Shown in pieces: positions 43,501-55,000 of a DNA stretch of 64,000 bases (positions within the stretch are counted from its first letter, which is position 1; each line of letters starts with the position of its first letter). The DNA is taken from positions 1,302,001 through 1,366,000 of the forward strand of contig NW_025964235.1 of NCBI RefSeq assembly GCF_023055435.1. Reading direction: 5' to 3'. The notes beneath the pieces were generated by a model that worked only from the letters and a program-made list of their open reading frames with translations, was not told where the DNA came from and searched no databases. Made by a program: the position numbers and the translations under genes. Source of the stretch: Haliotis rufescens (Eukaryota).

Positions 43501-46500
43501 GGTCAAGAACATGCCCCTCCCACACATTTTGTCTCTCACACATTTCATGACATCAAGACCAGCTTTCGTGTGAAGATCACTCATCACCCCAGCCTAGGTG
43601 TTTCTCGGAAGCTTGACCACTGTCGCCGCTGGGTGAATATACTATTATCATTGACTTTTGCTATCACCACTGTATTTTTGTATTTGTTACAGGACACTGC
43701 CATCATATTATATATTGCCATTGAATATTATACAACCACTCTATTATGTTCTGCCTAAAATAATTTCTGTGCAGTAATATGTATTGACTTGTAAACCTAG
43801 TTAATCTTGTAATACATTTGTTGATTGTATACCAGTTGTTGGTTGTTTGTTGGTTTCGCACCAAGTTCTTTAACGTACAGATTTCAGGGTTAACATATTA
43901 TTTCAATTTGGGAGTAAACACGCAACACTGGTGACGGGTGACACACACAGCCAGTCAGGGGCTACACAAACAGGGGTGGAAGGAACTATTTCACACCTGT
44001 AAGATGCTTCTTGGCATCCTCCAGACCATCCAGAAGCTGCTTATTGCTGGGATCCAGCTTCAGGCCCTCTTCATAGACTTCGGAAGCCTCCTGGTACCTC
44101 TCCAGGTAACACAGTGCCGCACCTTTACGTGAATAGCCCTGAAACCACAACAATAAACACTCCAGTATTTCCCATGAAGCATTAACCAAGTCAGCGAGCC
44201 TGACCACCAAATCCCATTAGTTGCCTCTTACAACAAGCATATTCGCCTTTTACAGCAAGCATGGGTTGCTGAAGGCCTATTCCCACCCGGATCTTCACGG
44301 GTAAGGTCATAGAAACTCAGTGAGTATTTTACCTACCTTTCCCCAATCAGGTTTGATCTCGACCGTCCGATCTGCGTCTCCCAGGGCCTCAAGGTACTTG
44401 CCACACTTGAGAAGTGCTGCTGAGCGGTTGCTGTAGAGGACGTGATTGCCGTCGTCCAGCTTGATAGCCTCGCTGTAACATCGTACAGCTTCCTCCGTGT
44501 CGCCCTGCTCCAAAGCTTTGTTTCCTTTAAGTTTCAGCTCTGCTGCCTGCATTGGTCACATAGAAAAATTGTAGTTTTACAATATAATACATGTCAGGGA
44601 AAATATTTGGCACACAGGACAGTGCCAATTATTGAAGATATGCTTCAGCACAAATGCAAGGCATATCCCGGTAAAAAAAATGAATGAAACAATGAATCCA
44701 AACACTTGACAAAATGTCTGTTGAAGCAGTATCATGAGGGGTACTTGAGGTCTGATGTGTCCCGCGATAGGTTTTATAAAACCTAACGAGGGATGCATAT
44801 GACCACATGTACCCCAAGTGATATTACTACAATCAATTTATCTCATTGTAATGTTTTAATCTGCGACTGTAAAAGAATTAAAACAAATTCAAAATGGATA
44901 GGACACAGCTGTTCGATTGAGATGAGGTTAACTTGTGCAGTCACATGACTTTAACTGACTTGTGTGGAACTTATTGTTTTGTAGTGGGGTATTAAGGATT
45001 TATTCTGCCGATGAGAAATCCATGTGTAGCCTGTGTTCTTTGTGGAGGGGTATAAGAAATTTATTTCCTTCGCTGGTGGGGTATAGTATTTAATCAAGAT
45101 CACATGGACCAATCGGGTCTGGTCATTTTGACATGGAGGTATGATAGTACATCTTTAGAGGCCAGTTTCTCGTGTTTGCAGTAAGATACCTCGGTCTTTC
45201 AGGGCCAGATTGTGAGCATGGTGGGTCAAAACAATCACAGATGTCTCTCAGTGAAAATAATTCATGGTCACAATCTCAAATCTACAAACAGGAGAAATAC
45301 ACAAAAAACACTTGCTTGCAAAAACAGGAACAGTGAGTGAGTTCTTCGCCATTTCACTGCCATTTCCTCATGCACTTAAAAAAATTCTTAAGACAATTAT
45401 TCAAGTGTCAGACTTACACCATGTGTACAAGTAGAAGTGCAACAGTAACTAACAAGAAACAGATGATACAACCAAGTTTCCAAATAACCTCAAAAACAGC
45501 CTTGACCTTTGATAGACATGTTGTAAACATTTCATGCTGTAGGATTTGTAAAGATACATGGCACTATAAAGATTTATACCTGTAAAGGTAACCATGACAA
45601 TGATATAATCATATTTAACAAAAAATGAATGCCGACCTTGACCTTTGACTAATCATAATTACAACCTTTCATAACAAAGGGCCCATGGAAAAGAGGTAAT
45701 GGAAAATGCATCAATACTTTTTGACACAGTGTAACCACACTCGTTTTGATGAGTCTTTTTCTATTCCATGATTATGACTTTAACCTTTGAATGACATGTA
45801 TCAAAAGAATTCTCCAGGGCAACATGGAAGATGTACATGGAAAAACAACCTCTCATGCCAATAATGGTTGTGTAGTAAGCCTAAAAACATCACCAGTGGA
45901 GCCTGTCAAACAGTCCTGTCAACCAATGTAAGCTTTCTTGCCAAGTAAACTTTAAATACGCTGTTGCTAGAACACGTTTATCCGTGACATTGCTTACATA
46001 TCGTGGACAAGTTCAACCAGTCATGTATCAAGGAATACAGTGTACACTTGCCAAGCAATGATTGAATGATAAAGGCCCATGTTCATGGTCTTCACTAAGT
46101 GTGCATGTGACGGGGGAGGGAGAGAGATGCTACAATTGATTGTGAAAAGATGCATCCCTTGGGCATGAACCCAATTTCACCCAGATTTTGATTCTAGGTT
46201 TGTCAGCACCATGGTGGGTTTCAATAAAATGGTAAATGTCCAAGACCTGCATCACTTTGGGCTTTTCTCTCATAACTCGAACACTGTACACAATGGCGTA
46301 AAACCCAACTCACTGTTCAGGGATAAAACATTTATTTAAGAGAAACACCTTGCAACAACGTAACTTTTGTGGCAAGCATTTTCAGCCCCCTCCCCAATAT
46401 CCAATGGTCCCCTTAGAAATGTTCCTGAGTAGCCACCTGTGTCCCTACATCTCATACAGCAGCCCCGGCTGAAATGTAGTAAAATGTGGACCTACAAACT

Positions 46501-49500
46501 CGTTTATCGTACTTTAACTCTAGGATTCTATTTTATTGTGATACTGACCGACATGCACGGCTGAAAACGATAAGGTGCAATTATCACTTTAAGTAACCCT
46601 TCTGAGGTCTTACATTCACAACAATGGATTGCCACTCGTGTGAACAGTAATGGAGTAAGCAAAAAGCAAAGTAAACCACAAGACGGTCAAATGTCAACAC
46701 AAAGCTTACTTTTGTAGCAAATATGAATTTTCCAAGATACATTTAGTCAATTTCAGAGAGAGAAAAATTCATAACATTCGTAGAAAGTATTTAAACGTCC
46801 AAGTGAAAGTGCTGGAATCACATGCTCCGTGATCGGCTTCCAAAAAAAACCTGTGGCCTAAAGCTACGATGGGGACAACTGTTTTCATTGGCTGATTTGT
46901 TTGTCGTGTTTATCTACCTTGTGATTCTTAGCTGTTATACATATACTTTCTGCTTTTTCTTTTAATCCTACAAAAATAACAACATTACATACATTGTTGA
47001 TCATGAGATCGGCTTTTGATCTTGACATTGTGAAGAATTAAATAACAATTAACAAATTGTAACTAGTGTTTTATTACTAACATCCTGTTTGGCCCTATTC
47101 CACATAGTACATGGAGGGATTAATCAGCTGAGTAAACAACTGGAAGCATATTCAGTGTTGTTACTAAGGTCGGTAAGGTGACGTACGTTGTGGACACGGT
47201 AATCCAATGGATGAGCAGACAGAAAAAATATGTAATGTACTAATATTTCAGAGGCGGGAGAAGGCAGACTGGTCGTCATGATCGTTGAAGTTGTGCAGCG
47301 CGTCAAACACCAGGAACCTGTTTTAACCCCAGTCAGGGGAATCCTCTCAGTTGTGTCATTTTTCGCCTGTCTTTTCCCGGTTTTTTTTTCAAATTCAATT
47401 TCAAGCATTTGAAATTAAGAATGCCCTAGAGTATTAAAATTTGCAAAGTTGTTATGTTGGCTTTATTTGCCCTTTAAATAGACTGGGTTCCCCCAAGAAT
47501 TCTGTTTTTGGAGGCATTACAAAGACATTACACCAAGCACCTCACACATTGCTCATACACCATATACACCAAGTTTGATTTAGAAAGTCGGATCAATCTA
47601 CCTGATGAATACTCTGCACTTGTTTTACTCCAAGCTATGAAAATGATCCATTTATTAATGACACCACTACAAACACAAAGAACATTTGTATGTGCTTCTA
47701 CCAGCATACCTCTACCAAGTCTGGAAGATTTAATGAAAATAGATTTTTCAGACATTCTGAAATGTTCTTTTGTTCAATCAATGTAAACCTTTGAATGAAA
47801 GCTAAACCACTAGGATAGATTGTGAGCATAATAATCAGATAACACTATCCGATATCAGAGATAGAAATGTATTTTGTCGTTTAGTATTTTGTCACATGTA
47901 GTCTGTCTTAAGTCTAGAATGATTTTGCAAGTCAAGACTACCTCTATCCTGAAATGAAGTGTTGTTCTGAAATGAAGTGTCTGTTGTGCTTGAACTGACA
48001 AGAATATAGTCACATGATAGTGCTTTAGTGCTCTAGTATATAGTGCTTAAGTTGAGGGAATCTCTTCTTGTCAAATCAGACTTCTAGACTTGAGTTGGAC
48101 TCCTTTTTTATTTTTTCTCTCTTGGGTCTTGGTTGGTTTAGCATGGGTAGCTGAAGACTTATTCTACCCCAGATCTTCACTGGTCTCTTGGGTCAGGGAG
48201 ACAGACTACATGTTTTGATCTCTAGTATATAGTGCCTTGGGTCTCTAGAATTTAGTGCTTTTGGTGCCAAGTGGGACACAATAGTATGCATTTTGCACTG
48301 TTGGTACCGTATTTGACGTAATAAGCGCCCAGGGCGCTCTCAAAATTAGAAATAGGGGTCTCTTATTAGAATATTATTTTGGTGGAAAAAAACAGAGCTG
48401 AAAGATAAATTTCGTGGATTATGCTGACAGCCTGAACTGTTTATATACAATATATGTTTAATAGAATTTAATTGCCCATAATTAAAGGTGCATATAACAC
48501 ACAAGTGCGTATTATACAGATATTGATCAATCGGAAGGGGTGGTAATTGGGATTGTTCACTTGCCAATAAATTAACAAATATCACTGTGGGCGCTTATTA
48601 CGTCAAATATGGTAATTGATATTACTGTCCAGATCTAGAAACTGGGTTTCCGAGTATATGAATCATGTAATGTAGCATATAGGAGCACCTTTAGAATACA
48701 GTACCACAACTTCTCGTGAGGACGGTCTCTGCCCTAGGTCACATGTCTCAAAGACAAGCAACCAGTTTTTGTGAGAATCCATCAGACGCGAACCCGCGAC
48801 CTTCGGATTGTTAGCCTGACAGCTAACCGACTGAGCTACGTCCACACTGTGAAACAAAGTGCAAATTAACCTAGTCATGCCTATGACGTTATGGAACTGA
48901 ACAAAAAGGGTTGAATAGGTGACGGACCCTTTCGAAGGTTACGGGTAGGCATGGTGTCTCGTGACTATAGTCTATAGACACTTACGAATGATCCGGATAC
49001 CATATGGCACACTCGTCCCATCCCGTAATCTACAAGATACCGAGTGGCGAGGAATGATCCGATATGACGCAAACTGAAAACGGCTCCAGGCGTCAGACGT
49101 CGAACTCGCAAGTACGCATGAATGATGTGTTATTTAATAATTCGTTGGGTTGATTTTGTGACAGAAAAGTGTGGTAGGGAAAACTGTAAGGATGATGTGG
49201 ATAATAGTAAGGAACGAGGGAGGCATGAGCATGGCTAGTGACAACACAACGGTGAGTTCGCTTTTGAATCAGTACTGAAAAGATGTAGCTGGTGAAAGTT
49301 GCTTGTGTGAATGTTCCAGGACAGTTTCCAGTAGCAAAAGTATTTGACACAAAACCATTTCATTCTTTTTACTCGATGTTTTTGTGTGAAGAATATTAGG
49401 AGCCGCTATAGAATCTATAATAGAAACTAAACGGGTAGATTTACCGAACCCTAATGACCATAAAGGGGTGATTGATCGTAAAGGGGATCTAAGGGCTAAG

Positions 49501-50689
49501 GACAGAAAACGGGTAATCTAATAGGCACTAAACGGGTACCTAACCCTAATGATTGAAAAGGGGTGATTGATCGTAAAGGGGATCCAAGGACTAAGGATAG
49601 AGTTCGGGGTAACCTACCCTAACACTAGCAGTATTTGGATGTGTTCAGCACCAATATAATATCCCTTATAAACTACATTCTTGTGCATAATAATGTAAAT
49701 CAATGCACCGAAAGAATAATATATGTATATTAGTTCCCACTTTTAACCCTTTTAGCCACTTGAATTACGAGAAAAACGAAATAAAAAATATATACAAAAT
49801 GAAAGTGCTTCCGTAAACTAGTGCTTGCTATAAAAGTGTATTGTCATGTGTTTGAAAGGTTTGTGGTACTGTATTCTAAAGGTAGGCCGAAAGGTATGTG
49901 GTACTGTATTCTAAAGGTAGGCCAGTATATATCGTCCAGTAGGTGAAGTTTCCGTATATCTGGGGTCCGGATAAGCGGGATTTCACGGTACTTTCCCGAG
50001 ACGATGTGTTTACACGTCAAAAATGCATAGTTGGAAGCGTTGTTGCAGAGTACAAGGAAGAAGGAAATCCTGTGCACTTGTGCATGTGGTGAATTGAAAA
50101 CTTTCAATCACTAATTTTAGTTGTGATTGTTTTCTCCAAACGTTGTTCAAAGGCTGGAATTAAACCCCATTTGTAGTTGAATTAGACTTATATATCTGCA
50201 TTTAGATTCTGCATAGTCAGTGGTCATATATGTGTTTCATGTTACGCAAAATGGCTCTATAAACATGATATATGCAACAATGCTTAATGTGATGATGCCC
50301 CAGCAAGATGATACCTCTTTGGAAGGTCTTGATGCGCTGAACAAAGGCACCAATTCCTCAAGAAAAATTCAACATAAAGTACAGAAAGAGCTGAGCTGGA
50401 TCAACATCGTTATACAAAGAAAGCGTGTTTAAATAGATAGGGGTGGTGAAAGATCACATTTATCAGTCACCTCCGTATATCAGCATCACTGATCTCAACT
50501 TGTAACTTTGCAAGTAAAGAGCTTTTTGAATAGGCACGTGGTTATTGAATACTCATTTCACTCCTGATACAACGGTAACTTGTTAAGCTAAACAAGCCAA
50601 CAACGTTTGGTTTTGATATCAATCACGAAGAGTGAGTTTCTCCAATGATTGCTCTAAAGCATTACCTTAGCCTTGTTGTCGTCCGCCAT
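28598..50689 (-). CDS. STIP1: Stress-induced phosphoprotein 1 (HOP, Hsp70-Hsp90 organising protein), about 550 aa; complement(join(28598..28670,29967..30130,30841..30944,31754..31915,32393..32489,34369..34489,36057..36159,37549..37675,40558..40732,41385..41535,43997..44138,44337..44546,50666..50689))
   Basis: MADDNKAK|[12 protein letters not shown]...YSNRSAA...KPDWGK|GYSRKGAAL (TPR1); DP1 (NPFAMPDL...QDPRI); TPR2A ([14 protein letters not shown]...[13 protein letters not shown]...KSLSEHR); TPR2B ([24 protein letters not shown]...[14 protein letters not shown]); DP2 ([24 protein letters not shown]...[23 protein letters not shown]). Thirteen GT-AG exons with consistent phases total 1653 nt. Confidence 0.96.
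28686..29500. repeat. Tandem array, 81-bp unit, about 10 copies, STIP1 intron 12
   Basis: CATTGTCACAAACATCCC recurs every 81 bp, starting about 15 bp from the exon 13 acceptor. Confidence 0.95.
29767..29916 (-). mobile_element. tRNA-derived SINE family C copy
   Basis: The reverse complement reads GGGGCCGTGGGGTAGCC...AAAGACCCAGGTTTGATTCCC...ACAATGTGTGAAGCCCATTTCTGGTGTCCCC...ACTCAC. Related pieces lie at about 7990-8055 plus 8280-8360 and at 61540-61620. Confidence 0.7.
30236..30431 (-). mobile_element. SINE-like family A, 5'-truncated copy
   Basis: Colinear with 3115-3315. Confidence 0.85.
30505..30838. repeat. Tandem array, 21-bp unit TGACTGCATGTCAAACATCGC, abutting the STIP1 exon 11 donor
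   Basis: Direct reading of the sequence. Confidence 0.95.
31469..31647 (-). mobile_element. SINE family B copy with internal deletion and (GAGT)n tail
   Basis: The 5' GGGGGCACGGGTGGCCC is joined almost directly to the body CGTGGGTTTC. Confidence 0.8.
32538..33901. repeat. Tandem array, 22-bp unit ACACATACACATGGTACACCAG, STIP1 intron 8
   Basis: Direct reading, about 62 copies. Confidence 0.97.
35455..35600 (-). mobile_element. SINE family B, 3' half
   Basis: GGTTTAATGCCGCTTT...TGTGGGAGGAAAGCC.GAAGTGATGCAGGTCTCAGACGTTTACCA. Confidence 0.75.
36279..37440. repeat. Tandem array, 20-bp unit TCATCAG(GA/AT)CAAGTGGAGGT, STIP1 intron 6
   Basis: Direct reading, about 58 copies. Confidence 0.97.
37878..39660 (-). 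mobile_element. Decayed IS630/Tc1/mariner-superfamily DNA transposon (DDE_3-type, long D-to-E spacer) with about 37-bp TIRs
   Basis: Left end AACTTAAGTATTGTCGGAAATGCTAGAAAACTGCTTT versus right-end reverse complement AACTTAAGTACTGTCGGAAATGCTAGAAAACTGCTTT. Minus-strand remnants [39 protein letters not shown] and [17 protein letters not shown] carry stops and frameshifts. Confidence 0.85.
39696..40378. repeat. Tandem array, 66-bp C-rich unit, about 10 copies, STIP1 intron 5
   Basis: CCCAGCCTTCACCCCAAAGCACATCTCCCTACCCCAGCTTGAACACCAAAGCAGACATCCCTGCTC repeated. Confidence 0.95.
41550..42202. repeat. Tandem array, 43-bp unit GTGACTGGTGACACTGGGAGTCAGGGGCTRCACCAAGGGGTAT, STIP1 intron 3
   Basis: Direct reading, about 15 copies, starting about 15 bp from the exon 4 acceptor. 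Confidence 0.97.
42203..43927 (+). mobile_element. LTR-like insertion of about 1.7 kb (possibly with a nested element) flanked by a 4-bp TSD, CTGG
   Basis: CTGG at 42199-42202 and 43928-43931; ends AGTT...AACA; TATAAATA at about 43490. The 43-bp repeat sequence resumes after the insertion (CTGGTGAC...AGTCAGGGGCTACAC). Confidence 0.5.
44180..44302 (-). mobile_element. SINE-like family A, 5' half, in STIP1 intron 2
   Basis: Colinear with 3257-3379 and shares the same 5' terminus. Confidence 0.85.
45450..45850. mobile_element. Possible decayed Helentron/HINE-like non-autonomous element
   Basis: Repeated (GA)CCTTGACCTTTGA motifs at about 45500, 45635 and 45776. The family assignment is from recall only. 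Confidence 0.35.
46150..46313 (+). mobile_element. SINE family B, decayed copy
   Basis: GGTTTGTCAGCACCAT...AGACCTGCATCACTTTGGGCTTT...GGCGTAAAACCCAACTCAC. Confidence 0.7.
48305..48614. mobile_element. Tc1/mariner-type MITE with 25-bp TIRs and TA TSD
   Basis: TA-CCGTATTTGACGTAATAAGCGCCCA ... TGGGCGCTTATTACGTCAAATATGG-TA, one mismatch. Confidence 0.85.
48680..48845 (-). mobile_element. tRNA-derived SINE-like head and body (a further family) or tRNA pseudogene
   Basis: The reverse complement GTGGACGTAGCTCAGTCGGTTAGCTGTCAGGCTAACAATCCGAAGGTCGCGGGTTCG has A and B boxes but no intact acceptor stem. Its downstream TGTGGTACTGTATTCTAAAGG recurs twice at 49862-49920. Confidence 0.55.
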
Positions 50690-50697
50690 CTTGGTGA

Positions 50698-50898
50698 AGA
50701 AACTTCTAGCAAACCACGCTTTGGCAGATGTAGGAAATTAGAGTTACCTCCCCTCTTGAGTGACAGCTTGATTTTCAACCGGACCTTTCTGGACTATACC
50801 TCAACAAACACATGTATCACGCGTCAATTGAATAATATAAATGTTCTTGTGTCCATTATATCCGTATGGAAATAATTATCGCTGGAATGTTCTATAAA
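50698..50898. promoter_or_regulatory. Heat-shock-element-like motifs at the STIP1 5' end
   Basis: aGAAacTTCt (50698-50707), GACctTTCtgGAC (about 50782-50794) and gGAAtgTTCtaTAA (about 50884-50897) lie upstream of the caagATGGCG start. STIP1 is an established HSF1 target. Confidence 0.5.
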
Positions 50899-51074
50899 AA
50901 GCGAGCAGTATTTTTAAAGTGGTTTCTTGGCCTGGTGATTGCATGTTTCTTCTGGTATGCTGCCCTACTTGTAACCAAGATTAAACCAAGAAATGTAATA
51001 GAATTATTTTTTTAGAAACCCAGATTCAACCCAACCTCGGGTAGGCAGGAATATAAAGCTGTAGCTGTTTTCTA

Positions 51075-51830
51075 CAGCAAATTCGATATTTGATGGTACA
51101 ATTATACCCATTTTGTTTTACGGCTCGGAAATATGGGGCATTAAATATTTTAAATCCAATTAGTAAGTTCACACTTTGTATTTTAAGCAGTTTTTATGCA
51201 TTGGTAAATATGCTTCAAAGAAGGCAGTACTTGGTGAAACTGGTCGCTGTAGTGTATACGTACATAGCCAGCTGCGTGTTGTTAAATATTGGATAAAATT
51301 ATTTAAAAATGGAAGCTCACAGGTACCCATTCCAATGTTACAAAATGCTAAAACAATTAGATGGTGAAGGGAAAACGAATTGGGTATCTGGTGTAAGAAG
51401 CATATTATTTAATACTGGATTATCCTTTGTATGGATCCCACAAGACACTGGTAATGAAAAACTATTTTTACATACATTTAAACAAAGATTATTAGACATA
51501 TTTCAGCAAAACTGGCACCAACAAGTTTCCTCTTCACATTTTCTCAAGCATTATGCTGGTATTAAATCATTGTTACAACCAGAAAAATATTTACGCATAT
51601 TACAAGATAAAACTCAATTGAGAGCTCTTTGTAAATTTCGAATATCTCTCCATAACGTCCTTGTCAATAAATATCGTAGAACCAAGCATAGTGATTTCGA
51701 AAATTGAAGGTGTTCTAACTGTACCAACCAGGAGATTGAAGACGAGATTCATTTTCTTTTTATATGTGAAAAATATCAAACGTTGAGATTGAAGTTTCTA
51801 CCTAAATTAGATATTACGCACAAAGACAAT
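51075..51830 (+). mobile_element. Non-LTR retrotransposon 3' fragment (RTE-X-like ORF C-terminus)
   Basis: AVLGETGR...KYWIKL, KTNWVSGVRSILF, LCKFRIS.H, RCSNC...IEDEIHFLFICEKYQTLR (C-terminal zinc knuckle), with frameshift and stop. Confidence 0.8.
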
Positions 51831-51844
51831 CAATTAATGATCAT

Positions 51845-52045
51845 ATGCTTGTCGTAAAAGGCGACTAACGGGATCGGGTGGTCAGGCTCGCTGACTTGGT
51901 TGATGCATGTCATCGATCCCAATTGCGTGGATTGTTCCTCATGATGTCAATGGATTGTCTGGTCCAGACTCGATTATTTTCAGACCGACGTCATATAGCT
52001 GGAATATTGCTGAGTGCCGCGTTAAACAACAAACCAACCAACCAA
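51845..52045 (+). mobile_element. SINE-like family A, 5'-truncated copy
   Basis: ATGCTTGTCGTAAAAGGCGACTAACGGGATCGGGTGG...CGCGTTAAACAACAAACCAACCAACC. Confidence 0.85.
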
Positions 52046-52049
52046 GCAT

Positions 52050-55000
52050 CTGACATTCCCGTGTTACTGTCACCACCTGACACTCCCGTGTTAGTGTCAT
52101 CATCTGACACTCCAGGGTTACTGTCGCCACCTGACACTCCAGGGTTACTGTCACCACCTGACACTCCCTTGTTACTGTCACCACCTGACCCTCCAGGGTT
52201 ACTGTCACCACCTGACACTCCCGGGTTACTGTCACTACCTGACACTCCCGTGTTACTGTCATCACCTGTCACTCCAGGGTTACTGTCGCCACCTGACACT
52301 CCAGGGTTACTGTCACCACCTGACGCTCCAGGGTTACTGTCATCACCTAACACTCCCGTGTTACTGTCACCACCTGACACTCCAGGGTTACTGTCACTAC
52401 CTGACACTCCCGTGTTACTGTCATCACCTGACTCTCCAGGGTTACTGTCACCACCTGACACTCCAGGGCTACTGTCATCACCTGACACTCCAGGGTTAAT
52501 GTCACCACCTGACACTCCCGGGTTACTGTCATCACCTGACACTCCAGGGTTAATGTTACCACCTGACACTCCAGGGTTACTGTCACCACCTGACACTCCA
52601 GGGTTAATGTCACCACCTGACACTCCAGGGTTACTGTCACCACCTGACACTCCAGGGTTACTGTCACCACCTGACACTCCAGGGTTACTGTCACCACCTG
52701 ACGCTCCAGGGTTCTGTCATCACCTGACACTCCAGGGCTACTGTCTCCACCTGACACTCCAGGGCTACTGTCACCACCTGGCACTCCCGGGTTACTGTCA
52801 CCACCTGACACTCCCTTGTTACTGTCACCACCTGTCACTCCAGGGCTACTGTCACCACCTGACACTCCAGGGTTACTGTCACCACCTGACACTCCAGGGT
52901 TACTGTCACCACCTGACACTCCAGGGTTACTGTCTCCACCTGACACTCCAGGGCTACTGTCACCACCTGACACTCCCTTGTTACTGTCACCACCTGACAC
53001 TCCCTTGTTACTGTCACCACCTGACACTCCAGGGCTACTGTCACCACCTGACACTCCAGGGTTACTGTCTCCACCTGACACTCCAGGGTCACTGTCATCA
53101 CCTGACACTCCAGGGTTACTGTCTCCACCTGACGCTCCAGGGCTACTGTCATCACCTGACACTCCAGGGTTACTGTCACCACCTGGCGCTCCCGGGTTAC
53201 TGTCACCACCTGACACTCCCGGGTTACTGTCGCCACCTGACACTCCAGGGTTACTGTCACTACCTGTCACTCCCGTGTTACTGTCACCACCTGTCACTCC
53301 AGGGTTACTGTCACCACCTGACACACCCTTGTTACTGTCACCACCTGACACTTCAGGGTTACTGTCACTACCTGTCACTCCCTTGTTACTGTCACCACCT
53401 GTCACTCCAGGGCTACTGTCATCACCTGACACTCCAGGGTTACTGTCACCACCTGTCACTCCAGGGCTACTGTCATCACCCGACACTCCAGGGTTACTGT
53501 CATCACCTGACACTCCAGGGCTACTGTCATCACCTGACACTCCAGGGTTAATGTCACCACCTGACACTCCCGGGTTACTGTCATCACCTGACCCTCCAGG
53601 GTTACTGTCACCACCTGACACTCCAGGGCTACTGTCATCACCTGACACTCCAGGGTTACTGTCACCACCTGTCACTCCATGGCTACTGTCATCACCTGAC
53701 ACTCCAGGGTTACTGTCATCACCTGACACTCCAGGGTTAATGTCACCACCTGACACTCCCGGGTTACTGTCATCACCTGACACTCCAGGGTTACTGTCAT
53801 CACCTGACACTCCCGGGTTAATGTTACCACCTGACACTCCAGGGTTACTGTCACCACCTGACACTCCAGGGTTACTGTCACCACCTGACGCTCCAGGGTT
53901 ACTGTCATCACCTAACACTCCCGTGTTACTGTCACCACCTGACACTCCAGGGTTACTGTCACTACCTGACACTCCCGTGTTACTGTCATCACCTGACTCT
54001 CCAGGGTTACTGTCACCACCTGACACTCCAGGGCTACTGTCATCACCTGACACTCCAGGGTTAATGTCACCACCTGACACTCCCGGGTTACTGTCATCAC
54101 CTGACACTCCAGGGTTAATGTTACCACCTGACACTCCAGGGTTACTGTCCCCACCTGACACTCCAGGGTTAATGTCACCACCTGACACTCCAGGGTTACT
54201 GTCACCACCTGACACTCCAGGGTTACTGTCACCACCTGACACTCCAGGGTTACTGTCACCACCTGACGCTCCAGGGTTACTGTCATCACCTGACACTCCA
54301 GGGCTACTGTCTCCACCTGACACTCCAGGGCTACTGTCACCACCTGGCACTCCCGGGTTACTGTCACCACCTGACACTCCCTTGTTACTGTCACCACCTG
54401 TCACTCCAGGGCTACTGTCACCACCTGACACTCCAGGGTTACTGTCACCACCTGACACTCCAGGGTTACTGTCACCACCTGACACTCCAGGGTTACTGTC
54501 TCCACCTGACACTCCAGGGCTACTGTCACCACCTGACACTCCCTTGTTACTGTCACCACCTGACACTCCCTTGTTACTGTCACCACCTGACACTCCAGGG
54601 CTACTGTCACCACCTGACACTCCAGGGTTACTGTCTCCACCTGACACTCCAGGGTCACTGTCATCACCTGACACTCCAGGGTTACTGTCTCCACCTGACG
54701 CTCCAGGGCTACTGTCATCACCTGACACTCCAGGGTTACTGTCACCACCTGGCGCTCCCGGGTTACTGTCACCACCTGACACTCCCGGGTTACTGTCGCC
54801 ACCTGACACTCCAGGGTTACTGTCACTACCTGTCACTCCCGTGTTACTGTCACCACCTGTCACTCCAGGGTTACTGTCACCACCTGACACTCCCTTGTTA
54901 CTGTCACCACCTGACACTTCAGGGTTACTGTCACTACCTGTCACTCCCTTGTTACTGTCACCACCTGTCACTCCAGGGCTACTGTCATCACCTGACACTC

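Noticed and set aside
48783-48845. Functional tRNA gene
   Set aside because: The acceptor stem and 3' end are not intact, and it continues into a repeat body. The same holds for the SINE heads at 4757 and about 7990.
48986-49021. Alternative STIP1 first exon ([12 protein letters not shown]|GTAAGT)
   Set aside because: Phase-compatible but has no similarity to STIP1 N-termini and a weaker start context; cannot be supported without RNA data.
49231-49257. Plus-strand mini-exon-like ATGGCTAGTGACAACACAACG|GTGAGT near an HSE-like motif (about 49308)
   Set aside because: Wrong strand for STIP1 and no downstream partner exon found; the minus-strand exon at 50666-50689 fits STIP1 far better.
49430-49625. 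Telomere-like CCTAACCCTAA motifs in a direct repeat of about 92 bp
   Set aside because: Only isolated motifs, more likely a transposon-internal repeat than an interstitial telomere.
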